Assembly: GCF_009914755.1 (NCBI RefSeq)
Contig: NC_060929.1
Length of the DNA stretch: 64,000 nucleotides
Source of the DNA: the human T2T-CHM13v2.0 reference genome, Homo sapiens
Reading direction: 5' to 3' (one strand)
In this document: one piece after another, positions 46,830 through 59,725 of the stretch
Layout: every line of letters begins with the position of its first letter
Numbering within the stretch: position 1 is the first letter of the stretch
Notes under the pieces: generated by a model
Told to the model about the DNA's origin: nothing
Databases searched by the model: none
Seen by the model: the letters and a program-made list of their open reading frames with translations, nothing else
Program-made: the position numbers and the translations under genes

Positions 46830-47040
46830 TTGCTTGGCACTAAGCTTTACCTACAGGATCCCATTTAATCCCTTAAGCTCTTTGTTAGGTATATGTTACT
46901 ATCCATATTTAAAATACAGGGAAACCAGGGCTGGGGGAATTAAGTTATTTACATGTCACCCATTAGTAAGTGACAGAGCTGAAATTTGAACCTGGGTTGA
47001 CCTGACTTTAAATCCCATATTCTTAATGACCATATGATAA
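46830..47040 (-). mobile_element. MIR SINE
   Basis: gtaagtgacagagctgaaatttgaacctggg. Confidence 0.75.
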
Positions 47041-50000
47041 TGCCTGGGGAACTAGGAAGGGCGGGGGCTGGAAAAAACTCTGTCTAGCCTGATGGCAAAC
47101 AACAAATTAATTTGCTTAGGCCATGAAATGAAGTCAATGCATTACAAGTGGCATAAGGCGAGAAATGATCTATGGGATGAACTCCAGCCTGTTACTGGAC
47201 ATAGACTTAGTCATTGTCAAACTCATAAGCCAGGCCAGATGCAAGAGACCCTTCTCTGAAGCTCTGAGGAATTGGTGGCAACCCGGATGGTAAATCTGAG
47301 GCCTCACCACTCCATGGTGGTGGCAGCATAGCATATGATTTACGGGGAGAGGTTTTATGCCCTGCATATTATAAAATATGAGTGCAGATTGACAAGGGAG
47401 AATTAAGAAGCACAGCTACTTGTTTAGCTCTGCAACTCGTAGGATCTTTTTCATTCTAAACAGAGCTCTGCCAGATTGCTGGGAGAAAGCGCAACAGCCA
47501 TGGGTGCCATGGCTGACCCTTGGGGCATCCCTTGAATATCATCCTTGTTCCTGTTAGCAGGAAGCATGACAAGTGCTCAGAAAAAGAATTGAGCATGTTG
47601 GGCTTGCTGAGTGGTATCTAAGGAATCTAATTTTGGTGTCAGAATTTTTAAAAACACACTTTTTGTCTTCAAGAAGAAGCAATCTTAGACTAATCTGGAT
47701 GCCTTATTGGTAGTGCGTATTTGGAAATCGAGATTCAAGACCTTCAGTAAATGAGGCTTTCACAGAGAAGAAACAAGATTGTTGAAACATCTTCACCATG
47801 CTGAGTGCAAAGACTATTCCAAACTTGTTCTCAGATTGATTTTTCTACCTAAGGATTAATTTTCTGACAGAATCACTGACAAGCCTGATCTTTAGAATAT
47901 TAAACCTAGGCAACCTGTTTGCTTTTTTGTTTGTTTTTTAATGTTTTCAAGTGAGGTTTAAAGGTAGGATTCATTCTGGGTGAACCAAATGCATCGAAGC
48001 ACTTTCAAATCAATAGGCAGCTTGATTTCTCTGTATTGCAAAACATTATGCCCCCTCTAAATTCTCATCACAGGCAACATGGAAATTAATGAGACCTTTA
48101 GGTTAGCCTTTCAAGCTCAGCCTTATTTTATAGCTTTACCTTGCCTTTTTGACACCACGATCTCGCCTGGCCACCAGCAGCATTTCATGTTGCAGTGCAC
48201 TTTAATTTTGCAGTTTTCTTAGTCTTCCTTGGAAACTGGCAGCTTATTAATCTCAATAACTGAGCTGCTCAATAGGCAAGCTCACCAATGAGAGACCAGG
48301 CTGTGTCTTTTTTTTTTCTTGGCAGATGGAAACAAGGGGGTTGGTTGTTGGATGGAGGCAAGGGAGGTGGCAGAGAAAAAGCTGGTTAGGAGGGGCACCT
48401 CATCCCCCACATCACTTTCTGATAATTGGCAGGAAAATAAAGCAAGCCTAGTCTAATCCACTGCTCTGTAATTTATGGCTTGTGGTGTTAAACACACTCG
48501 AACCCATTAATAAGAAAATAAATAAAGTGTTGTGGCACGTGTGCAAATTACAAGGTGCATTAAGAAAGAAACAAGCATTACATCTTATTCAAGACCACTC
48601 CAGCCTATTCTTGGCATGGTCTGCAAACTTGGAAGCATCCTGGAAAGTGGAGGTACCTAAGGAGAAGCTGTCCTTTTTAAATTTGCCTGCCTCTACAAAA
48701 TTAAAAACTTATTGAGGAATTGAACTTCTTATTGCAGGGTACCACAGCTAAGTCTCTAGGTAGAAAGAACTTAAAAAAAAGAAAAATAAAAATCCATCCC
48801 TCAGCAGCCTTTACCGTGGGGACCCAATTACAAATTGAGACCACCCTGTGGTCATGCATTGTAAGAGCAAGACTTTGCCCTGAGTCTGTGTAAATGTCGA
48901 AGACTCTGGGGTTAAGTTCACAGTTGAAAAAAGCCAAATATTTCCATCTCTGTCTGTGCTCTTTCACCCATTCAACTAATATCAACTGTCATTCCCTTGA
49001 GGCACTTCCTGAAGTCTTCCCAGAGGATATTTTATCTGGCTCAGACAGGGAGAAACTTGATGAAGCGCAAGTCCTTTCTAATTCTGGCTCCCTGATGATC
49101 CTTTTCTTTTCGCAGAAGCCAGATAAGGCATCCGCAGTCCTACCAGGCAGGGGAAGTAGGTCCTGCAACTTTTCTGAAGGCACCTTTGATTTATTAGTCT
49201 TGGCCTTATTTGCTTTTGTGAGTTGGAATCTTATGTCCCCAGACTTGCAAACCGTCACGAGATACTCAGCCATTCTGCTCAGCTGCAGCTGCATCCTTTA
49301 GATTTTATGGGAATGTTTAAAAAAACTTTTCCTACATTAGGTTTTTTTCTTTCAAAACCCACCAGACAATTTGGGGCCATTCTGTGAGTATTCTTTGCAA
49401 ATACTCCTTTGAGAGGTCATGGCAAAGCGCTGCACAAAGGATCACCCTCAAAATCGTGTATTTTTCAAATCCCTTATTGAATCATTTCTTGCTCAAAATA
49501 ACTGTTTAGGAGTGAGGAAATACCTCCAATTGCTGTCATTTGTACTTAAGCTGTGTATGCCTTATAGTTCAAAAGAGACTGAATACCAATTCTTTTCTAT
49601 GTGTTAAATGGTACTGAAATCAGATTTCAATTTGCTAGAGCTTCAATTGCGAACCAGCATTCATGAGTCCATTTCTCAACAATTAATACTCCTGTAAAGG
49701 TATTGCACACCAATAATACGACCTTTAAATTTTTATTTTATTTTTTAATTATTTGAACAAAGGGTTAAAATCCCGCCCTAAAGGGAAGGTGGGAAATGTT
49801 GCTTTACTTAACACTGGTATGTTCTTAGATAAGAATTTTCGATGATCTTAGTGACTTTCTTATTTCTTATCAACGCAGATCCTCTCCACTATACTTGGGG
49901 ACATGTAATGAGAAGGCACAGGGAGCTATTAGGCCCACTGAAGCATTTGGTGGGACTCTAAGGAGCTCTACTCTCCCCCATCCCCACTCTCACCAATTCA

Positions 50001-50296
50001 GGAAAATGAAGGAATAAATTTACAAGCCCCCTGTGCAAGGGGCGGTGCTATGCACATGTGCATTTTCTGGATGTTCTTGTACTCAGTCATCTTTTCCAGC
50101 TTCTAACTCTCAGAATCCATACAAGGAGACATTGTAGTTCTATTGACAATCTTTTCACTTCTTGGAAACCACGGACCACTCCTTTTGGTCTTTGTTTTTA
50201 GACATAATCATCTCTGAAATGCCGACTTTGTGCCCAGTAGGATACTAGGCACTTTACATCATGTTATCTGAATTAAAGCCCTTAGGGGAGAGATGT

Positions 50297-50669
50297 TGAT
50301 AGGGTTTGGCTGTGTTGACACCCAAATCTCATCTTGAATTGTAGCTCCAACAATTCCCACGTGTTGTGGTAGGGACCTGCTGGTGGGAGTTAATTTAATC
50401 ATGGGGGCGGGTCTTTCCCATGCTCTTCTCGTGGTAGTGAATAAGTCTCATGAGATCTGATGGTTTTATAAGGGGGAGTTTCCCTACACAAGCACTCTCT
50501 TTGCCTGCTGTCATCCATGTGAGACGTGACTTGCTCCTCCTTGCCTTCTGCCATGACTGTGAGGCCTCCTCAGCCATGTGGAACTGTAAGTCCATTAAAC
50601 CTCTTTCTCTTTATAAATTACCCAGTCTCGGGTATGTCTTTATTAGCAGCGTAAGAACAGACCAATACA
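50297..50669 (+). mobile_element. THE1 (MaLR) solo LTR
   Basis: tgatagggtttggctgtg...cccaaatctcatcttgaattgtagctcc...accaataca; perfect 5-bp TSD gatgt. Confidence 0.95.
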
Positions 50670-52309
50670 GATGTTCTTGTCCCCTTTCAACATATCAGGA
50701 AAATGAAACTTGAGAAAGTGGAGGATTTGGGACAGAGAGAAGATCCTGACAGAACAGGATTCAAGTAATACTTAAACTCAGGCTTTGGGAGTCTCTCAGC
50801 CTTGCACTTCTTTACTTTCTACCATCGCTGTTATGTAGGCCTCCTCTTGTGGGATTTTTATGGTAACTATATGCTATATTCTCAAAGCTTAGAAACCTAA
50901 CAGAAAGTAAAGCACTTCTTGACATTTCAACAACACTCCCTTGATTGAGTCTCATGGAATCCAACTAGAGTCACATGCCCACAACTGACCCAAGCCTCAA
51001 GCCTGGAGTCTTGGCGAGCAGACCACATTAATTGGCCAGGCCTGGATCACGTGCCCATGTGGGGGCCTCATAGTGGAGAGGAAGGAGTGTGGCCCATAAC
51101 CAAACATCGTGCTATTAGGAGACCCTGAAATGGAGGGCTGGCAGGCAAAAGCCACAGACCAACTCAGGCCACATTCAATGTTAATTTGGTCACAGCCCAG
51201 CTCATATTGCCTGATTGTAATGATTTTCTCCTCCAGGCAGACACAGTCCCGGCCAGGGTGGGGAAATTGCAGGACATTGAGTTATCTCACTTGCCAGAGC
51301 ACAGAAGGGGGTTTACAGCTGATTCCAATAAGAAGTCGAAAAAATTAAGTTTCACTGACTAACTTCTGCCCCCTTCTGACTCATCACCCTCTCTGGTTGA
51401 CTTCTCAAACGTCCCACGACTTTACTTTTGAGTTCACTGTGGCCACTTAATGCATTTTAACTTTTATTAGTCTCCTGACATCTCTTTTAAGCTATCATCT
51501 TCTTTCCTGCAAAAGTGCTTGGATTCCACATTTTCTAATTAAAACATGCTCATTTATTGTCTTACTAACCAGTGCTCTTTATGAGGGCTCATGATGAGAA
51601 AGTTAACTCAAAACATCTCGATGCATTTCCTCTCTCTTGGAAATGGCTGGAGAAGCAGTTTTGCCTTATCAAGTTGAATGACTTCGAAGAACTTTTGGTT
51701 TTGCTTTTTAATAAAACCATGAATGGGAAACATTTAACTCCATGCTTCAAGCTCCTAATATTCTCAGCAATGCAGTATATTCTGTTTGTTGTGGTGTGTG
51801 TAGGTGAGACAGATTGCAGGGGTCAGATAGCTCCATAATGAGTATAGGTAATATCAGAATAGTTCTGTGTTTAATTAGATAAAAATTTTTGTCCTAACAT
51901 GCAACACGTCCTAATGTTCATAATGGTGCCCATTGCTGTTTATACTCCAGTGAATTAATCTGATATTATTAGAGGTTGTAAGCTTCAGTGCAGCAGGGGG
52001 TAAGGGTGGCACACATGCATTTAAACCCACCGAGAATTTCAATATAATCGTGTGTGTGGTGGCACTGGGGTGGGCTGGGAACAAGGTAGAAGGCGCATAT
52101 TCAGTATATGTCTGCGTATACTTTGTTTTTTCAGTTTCACTACTATTTGCTTTGTCTTTGGAAACATAAAAGCAGTGTTACAATGGGGACATCCTCATGT
52201 CCTGTCGATAATGTGCATCTTCAAATTCATAATACCATTCAGTTTGGGGAAAAGAGCGAAGTATAGCATTCTTCACAGAGCTTACCCCAAATAGCTAATT
52301 CAGGCAGAA

Positions 52310-52430
52310 AGGGAGAGACAGAGATAGAGATAGAGATGATAGAGATAGAGACAGAGATAGAGATAAAGAGAGAGAGATGGAGATAGAGATAAAGGGAGGC
52401 AGAGAGAGAGAGAGAAAGAAAGGGGAAAAA
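52310..52430 (+). repeat. (GAGATA)n / (GA)n compound microsatellite
   Basis: Repeated gagata hexamers grading into (GA)n. Confidence 0.9.
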
Positions 52431-52519
52431 GGGACCTGGTGATGCAGATATGGAAAAAAATAGATGCCCTCTTCAGGGAGGTCGGCCCTTGATTCTGACC
52501 ACTACATTAGAAAATATTA

Positions 52520-52930
<411 letters not shown>

Positions 52931-53439
52931 TCATCATTTGGCTGCACAGAGGCAGAGTTTTCAAACTGGAAACCAAGTTAAGATCACCTAGTATAGTCCA
53001 ATGTCTATTTTTACAGACAAGGAGAGTGAAGCTCAGAAAGTTCCACAACACGCCAGCGCCTTCCACTATAAATGCCGGAGTGGGGCTGGAAGGCAGGCCT
53101 CTGGCCAGAGCTTTCCCCAGCACCCCTCACTATTTCCTGCATGATTAGGGAATGTTGGTGCCTACTTATCCCACACAGAATATTTATCTCCATTTCCTTC
53201 TGCAAAGGAAAGGTCATGAATTTAAGGCAAAGAATTAGAGCACATATTGCAACAGCTTTTGTCTTTTCAGTTATTTTATTGTAGAATGTACACATTCTCT
53301 TGGTAAAATATTCAACACATAGACAGAAAATGGAAAGGAATATTCCCTGCTTTTCAATTTCCATTTTCAAGGAAATTTCATTTGAAGGTTGATTATTTTA
53401 GGCTTTCAAAAATGCTTGTGGATGTCTGAGCATGTATAT

Positions 53440-53805
53440 TTTAAGTTTAATATAAATGGAATCATATACATATCATTTGGCAACTTCCTTTTTATCACTT
53501 AATCAGATATTGTGGAAGCATTTTCAGGTAATTTTATGTAGACTTACCTCATTCTTGTTTAAAGTCCGTGTAATATTCCATAATGCTCTAATTTATTTAA
53601 CCAGTCTCTTCTTGATGGACATTTAGATCGCTTTCAGAATTTTGCTATTAAAAACAAATCTGTAATGAAACATCTTGTGTATATATCTTTCTTTGCATAC
53701 TTATATAATTATATTCAAAAGTTAAATTCCTGGAAGTGAAATTACTAGATCAAAGGGTATGTATAATGTGCATTTTGAATTTTGATCGATTGTGCCAAAT
53801 TGTAT
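53440..53805 (-). mobile_element. Old L1ME-like fragment
   Basis: tttatttaaccagtc..gatggacatttag, ttcctggaagtgaaattactagatcaaagggtatg. Confidence 0.7.
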
Positions 53806-54534
53806 CTGTCTCCATTCAAATGTTACGATCTCTCTTTACTTCTCCTTATTTGATGGCCTGAGTTTCTTTTGTGGCTTTAAAATAAGAGCCCAGAAGTTTA
53901 TGGTGTTAGATTTCAGACATAGAATTAAGAGGATTTTTTTTCAAGTAATAATGTAATAAATAATACATAAATACCCTAGAAATGCCAATACCTCTTCTTA
54001 ATGCCAGATATAGTATGAGAAACAGACATAGCTGCAGGGGAAAATCTGACTCTCTCACTCCCCTTGGTTCTAGCTGTAGGGCCCTTTCTCTTCATTCCCA
54101 GACTGTGCTACAGCATGGCCTACGTGATTCAAAACTCCTAACCTTTGTTGCCTTTCCTTTCTCATTATTATTTGGCAATGTTTGAGTTTGCCTCTTCTCC
54201 TCATCCACCTTGCCTCTATCTACCTAATGGGGATATTATAAGAATGTCTAAAAAGACCTAGTCAAGTTTCTGAATCCCAAGAGAAATGCCTAGTAAGGCG
54301 GTATGATTGTTTAACTATTACAGAAAAGCATTATGATCAAGGGCTTGAAAATCTGGCGAGGAAGACAGCCTTTTTTGTGAAATAAGTATGTGAGGGCTCT
54401 GTCAGTAAGAGGCCCTCAGGCCAAACTTATATAGTTACTTTATCTGAAACTCTGATTTTATGCTAACTAAGGATTTTTGTATTTCCCACCTCCTGTTGGT
54501 AATCCCATTACCAGCTGTGTTCATAGGACTTCAG

Positions 54535-55060
54535 CTTAATTCAGCCAACATTTGTAGGGGCCCAACACGCAGCTGAGCACCATGGCACAGAGAGTGAAAG
54601 ATCGAAAAGACATGGCCCCTGACCTCTGGGAATCACAGTCTAGTGGGAGAAAGGTCACAGAGCAGATTATTTATATTGATATAGGATGTTGTAAGCTGGA
54701 CATGAGCTCAGGGGACTCTACGGAAGCATGGAGCGTGGAGTGCATCCAACCTACCTGGTCAGGGAAGCCTGGCTGGCAGATACGGGGTCTGAGTTCCATC
54801 TGGGTGGAACAGTGAGAGCTGCCCCAGCAAAAGGGCATTCCAGGCAAAGGTGAGAGAATAGGAAAAGGCCGGAAGAGCAAGGCTGTGCCAGCATTCTGGA
54901 CCAACCAGAGTGAGACTCAGGAGGCAGGGTAGAGAGGTCTCATGGCCCAAGTCAAGGTCACCTTCTGGGTGCAGTCAAGCACTCTAAGGTCTATTCAGTG
55001 TGGGATGGGGAGCCCAAAAGGGATGTACACAAAGGCATGTTACGGTTAGATTTGCCATGA
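54535..55060 (-). mobile_element. L2 fragment
   Basis: catggcccctgacctc..cacagtctagtggg, aagggcattccaggcaaagg. Confidence 0.55.
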
Positions 55061-55131
55061 AGAGGTGGAAAGGGAGGATACACCAGAAAGGGAGGAAACT
55101 AAAAGTACATTGAAGTTAACCAGTGCTTCTG

Positions 55132-55380
55132 ATGGAAGAAGGAAGGGAGAAAGGGAGGGAGGGAGGGAGGGAGGAAGGAAGGAAGGAGAAGGAAGGAAGG
55201 GAGGAAAGGAGGGAGGGAGGGAGGAAGGAAGGAAGGAAGGAAGGAAGGGAAGGAAGGAAGGGAGGAAAGGAGGGAGAAGGAAAGAAGGAAGGAGGGAGGA
55301 AGGAAGGAAGGAAAAAGGGAGGGAGGGGTGGAGGAAGGAGGGAAGAAAGAAGGAAGGAAAGGGGAACTAGAAGGAAAGAG
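55132..55380 (+). repeat. (GGAA)n / (GGGA)n polypurine tract
   Basis: ~250 nt almost exclusively A/G. Confidence 0.95.
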
Positions 55381-55434
55381 ATACATACTTAAAGTAGGCA
55401 GTCTATGGGATTCATTGATAATTATCTGCATAAC

Positions 55435-55670
55435 AGTAATAGCCAACATTTATTGAGGATCCACTCAATGTCAGGTGTGTGCTGAGCCACTCATTTAATA
55501 GACACAATATTCCTAAGAAATACTTTCCATCATTTTCACTATTTTCATATGAGGAAACGAAGATGTAATAATAACAAGTCATTTGCCTTAGGCTGCACAG
55601 GTTAAAGGTGAGGCAACCAGGCTCTGACCCCACCTGCTGCCGACAGTTTCCTTATTAACCATCGCCCCAT
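55435..55670 (-). mobile_element. MIR SINE
   Basis: aacatttattgagg, ttttcatatgaggaaacg. Confidence 0.6.
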
Positions 55671-57708
55671 CCAGCCTCCTAGAATCAGCAGGGCTGTCCC
55701 AACCTGACCGACTGTGACCCTGAACTTCCCTCTTCTTCCTTGCTTCTCCTCTCTATCACTTCTCTTCCCCCTCCTTCCTCACTTCCCTCCACAGAAATGC
55801 AGACATTGCTTTGTTTTTCACATAACCACTTAATTTCTTGTCAAGCAAAACTTGAGAGCCAGAAAGGATCCCAGTTCAAGTCCAAGCCTTCAAGATGTCT
55901 GGAAAGGCAGCCTCCCCACTACCAGACTTGCCTTTAGGTTTTGTTTAATTCTGCCACTTGCAAAGCAAATGCCTGAAGGCGGGCACCTGCCTTTTAGTCT
56001 AACATGCCACCTCCCTGTCAGGCAAATTTCAATTTACCATGCCTCGGCTTGTCCAACTGTATCTGCGTCAATACTTCCAAGATGGCAGTGACAAGCTTTT
56101 CAGGTACTTAAGGCAAACCTGCATGACAGTTTTCCTTGACACTTGCATTTTTAAAAAGCCTTGCCTGGGGCCCTAGGAAACCCAGCATTTAAGAAACTAG
56201 GAAGCTTTCAAGGAAGCCCAGCTTTCAGAACCTGCTGCCCTGGGACTTGTTTTGTGATAGGGATGCTGCAGGGTCTGCCTTAGAGTATATTAAGTGCCAT
56301 GGCGATATTTATGTGTTGATGCTAAATGATGGTTACCTTTCTTAGTGGCATTTTTTTTTTTTTGACGACTGAAATATATAGATCTGTTTTGTGCATTGTC
56401 AGTGGGTATGTGTCTGGCCTACAAACACACTTAAATGGCACACTTCTGCACAACATTCCTGAGTGTCCAACAGATATATGTAGGCAGGCAGACATGTCAC
56501 AGGGGTTGCCATAAAGCTTAGTTAATATCCCTGAAGAGCTCTTGTGTCATTTCATGAAGAGTTCTAAATAAGAAGAAAATATTGTACCTATGGCTATTAC
56601 ACAAACAAAGAAATGTGAGTAAATATGCAGATAGGGTTTCTTCTGTTTGCTCATGCCTCAAAGAGTCTGATGTAAATTCAAATGGGAAAATAGATAGTAA
56701 TAGAGATCACTACTGTTTATTTGAGGGTTAAAAAAAAAAAAAGCAACAGTGCCCCAAACTTAAATGCTTGAAATTGCTATACACAGTTGATGTGAGAGGA
56801 GCAAATCTATAATAAGCAAAAAGGAGTGGCAGCTTTCTTTTTCTTTTGTTTTCTTTCACCTCTGCCAGCCCCTACATTTAGAATTGTTTTGATGACTTAA
56901 GAATTGTCAGTAGCTATACAAGAATTCAGATAAATCAATTTTGTTTTCCTTCCTCGGCCTTGAAGAAATCACATATGATACTTAGTCTGTCCCCTTTAAT
57001 TTTTACACCATTTATATACCTTCCTCTTTCTCTTCTTTCCTTCCTTCCTTCATCCATCTACCCAGCAAATGCATCTTGAGCACCTATGAAAATAACCATT
57101 ATGGGTTTTTTGGTTGGTTGGTTGTTTTTTCACTTCTTTCTGGGCCTTAGGATACTGATCTAGAAACAGAGAGAAATGAATTAGAACTTCATTTCTCAAA
57201 TGAGAGATGCTGTGGAATACCAGTTTTACGGCTGAGAAGAAGGGTATATATATATAAAGCTCACAAAAATAAGTGGAATAATAAATAGTGTAGAGTACTG
57301 GGATATTTATGATATTTAAGTATTAGGTTTGTGAAGACCTGCAGTAATGTTTACTCCATTTCCCAAATATCATGGAACCCTCTCTGTATCTAACATTAGT
57401 AATATACAAATTTACTTGGTGATCCAAAAAGCACATTTTAAGATGTTGTATTTCAGATCCTCTCTGATCTTATGACAGAAGTAGAAAGGCCAGAATTTTT
57501 TCAATCCCTTACTAGGAAGGACTTTGTGATCTTGCCTTCTAAAATAAAATAGAATTTTTCTCTTAGCATAAACTTTTAAAATGAATTTATACCCAAACTC
57601 AATTATCAAGTCAGGCAATATTTGGGCTTGGTACATAAGTACTGTTTATAATACAGTGCTTAGAGTGTAGGCTAACAATAAAAACTTTTGTTTAAAAATT
57701 TCATGGAT

Positions 57709-58249
57709 ATCATTGGGTATATACCCAAATGAATATAAATTATTCTACTGTAAAGATGCGTGCATGTGTATGTTCATTGCAGCACTATTCACAATAGTGA
57801 AGATATGGAATCAACTAAATGCCCATCAATGGTAGACTAGATAAAGAAGATGTGGTACATATACACCATGGAATACTATGCAGCCATAAAAAATGAGATC
57901 ATGTCTTTTGTGGGAACATGGATGGAGCTAGAGACCATTATCCTTAGCAAACTAACACAGGAACAGAAAACCAAATACCACATGTTTTTAATTATAAGTG
58001 GGAGCTAAATGATGAGATGAGAACACATGGACACAAAAAGGGAAGCAACAGACACTGGGTCCTACTTGAGGGTGGAGGGTGGGAGAAGAGAGAGGATCAG
58101 AAGAAAAAATTCCTATTGGGTACAATGCTTAGAACCTGGGTGACAAAATAACCTGTACACCAAACCCCCATGACACGAGTTTATCTATATAACAAACCTA
58201 CACATGTACCCCTCAACCTTAAATAAAAGTTTAAAGGAAAAAAGAAAAG
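57709..58249 (+). mobile_element. 5'-truncated L1PA (PA13-16-like) 3' end
   Basis: tgggtatatacccaaatgaatataaat...caaacctacacatgtacccc..aaataaaagtt plus A-rich tail. Confidence 0.92.
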
Positions 58250-58720
58250 TATGTCTATCACATATTAAAATAAGACGAGTGATTATATAAAAAATTGAAG
58301 AACTTAAACTGATGCATGAGTTCTTCTAAATACTTTATATAATACATCAAATAAAATAGAAAAAAATGTCATGGATCGATAGCTTTCCTAGAATATAAAC
58401 CCCACTAGGCTCTCCCTGAAAGCTCTTTCCTGAAATGAGAGCCTGCTGACTTGGGGATGTTAAGACATTTTCTAAGGTATGAAATATTTTGGCTCTTTCT
58501 ACTACTGCTGCCACCTGGCTCCTTGGTGATGCTTCTTGTTTTGTAATTCATTAACAGTTTTCAAAAACAAGCTCAGGATATGGATAGGATGCAGAGAGAC
58601 TGGCAAAATGCTTACTGTCAACCAGAATTTGAGCTTCCTGAAGAGTTCAATGTTGATTATCATTTTCTACATTTAGAAAACATTTAGAGGTTTCTCAAAA
58701 AGTTAACCATTTTATGACCA

Positions 58721-59135
58721 TATTATGTAGTTGGGATGTTTGTCCTCTCCATGTCCCATGTTGGAATGTGATCCCCAATGTTGGAGGCGGGCCCTGGTGG
58801 GAGGTGTTTGGGTCATGGGGGTGGATCTCTCATGATCAACTTGGTGCCTTCCTCCCGGTAATGAATAAGTTTTTGCTCTATTAGTTCCTGCAAGATCTGA
58901 TCATTTCAAAAGAGCCTGGTACCTCCTGCTCTCTTTCTACCTCTCTTGCCATGTGATGCCAGCTCCCCTTCCCCTCTGCCATGATTGGAAGCTTCCTGAG
59001 GTCCTTACCAGAAGCATATGCTGATGCATTGCTTCTTTTACAGCCTGCAGAATCAGGAGCCAAATAAACACCTTTTCTTTGTAAATTACCCAGTCTCAGG
59101 GACTCCTTAATAGCAACACAAAGTGTACTGAGGCA
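58721..59135 (+). mobile_element. MST-type (MaLR) solo LTR inserted into L1MB
   Basis: gatgtttgtcctctcc...ccccaatgttggagg...aaattacccagtctcagg. Confidence 0.88.
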
Positions 59136-59725
59136 CCTCTATGATGCAGCAATTCCTCTCCTAGGGAGATCCCCCAAAGCTTTCAAAGCAGGTGCTCAGA
59201 CAGACATTTTCACACCAGTGTTTGTAGCAGTACTATTTACAATAGTCAAAAGGTGGAAACAACCCAAACGTTCATCAATGGATGAATGAATAAAGAAAAA
59301 GTGTACACACACACTCACACAAAAGGAAATAGTATTCCAAAAGGGAATGAAGTGCTGATACATGCTACAATGGGGATGAACTTGAAAACATTATGCTAAG
59401 TGAAAAGAAGCCAGACACAAAAGGTCACATATTGTATGAGTCCATTTATCTGACATATCCAGAATAGGCAAATTCATAGAGACAGAAACCAAATTAGTGG
59501 TTGCCAGGAGCTGGGAGTGAGAGAGTGAAGGAATGGCGAGTTACTGTTTAATAGATTTTGGGGGGAATTTGAGGTTTTTTGGGGGGTGATGAAAATGTTT
59601 TGGAACTTAAATAGAGGCAGAATTTAAACATCGTGAATGCTCTAAATGCCACTGAATTGTGCAATTAGAAATGGTTAATTTTGTATCATGTGAATTTTAC
59701 CTCAACTTTTATAAATAAATTAATT
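59136..59725 (+). mobile_element. L1MB-like 3' region (5' piece at ~58660-58720)
   Basis: aggtggaaacaacccaaa, gaagccagacacaaaaggtcacatattgtatg, gatgaaaatgttttggaac. Confidence 0.85.

Noticed and set aside
54573-54592. REST/NRSE-like ctgagcaccatggcacagag
   Set aside because: Extra base between the half-sites and a poor right half; lies within an L2 remnant.
55065-55449. G/R/K/E-rich ORFs
   Set aside because: Translations of the GGAA/GGGA tract.
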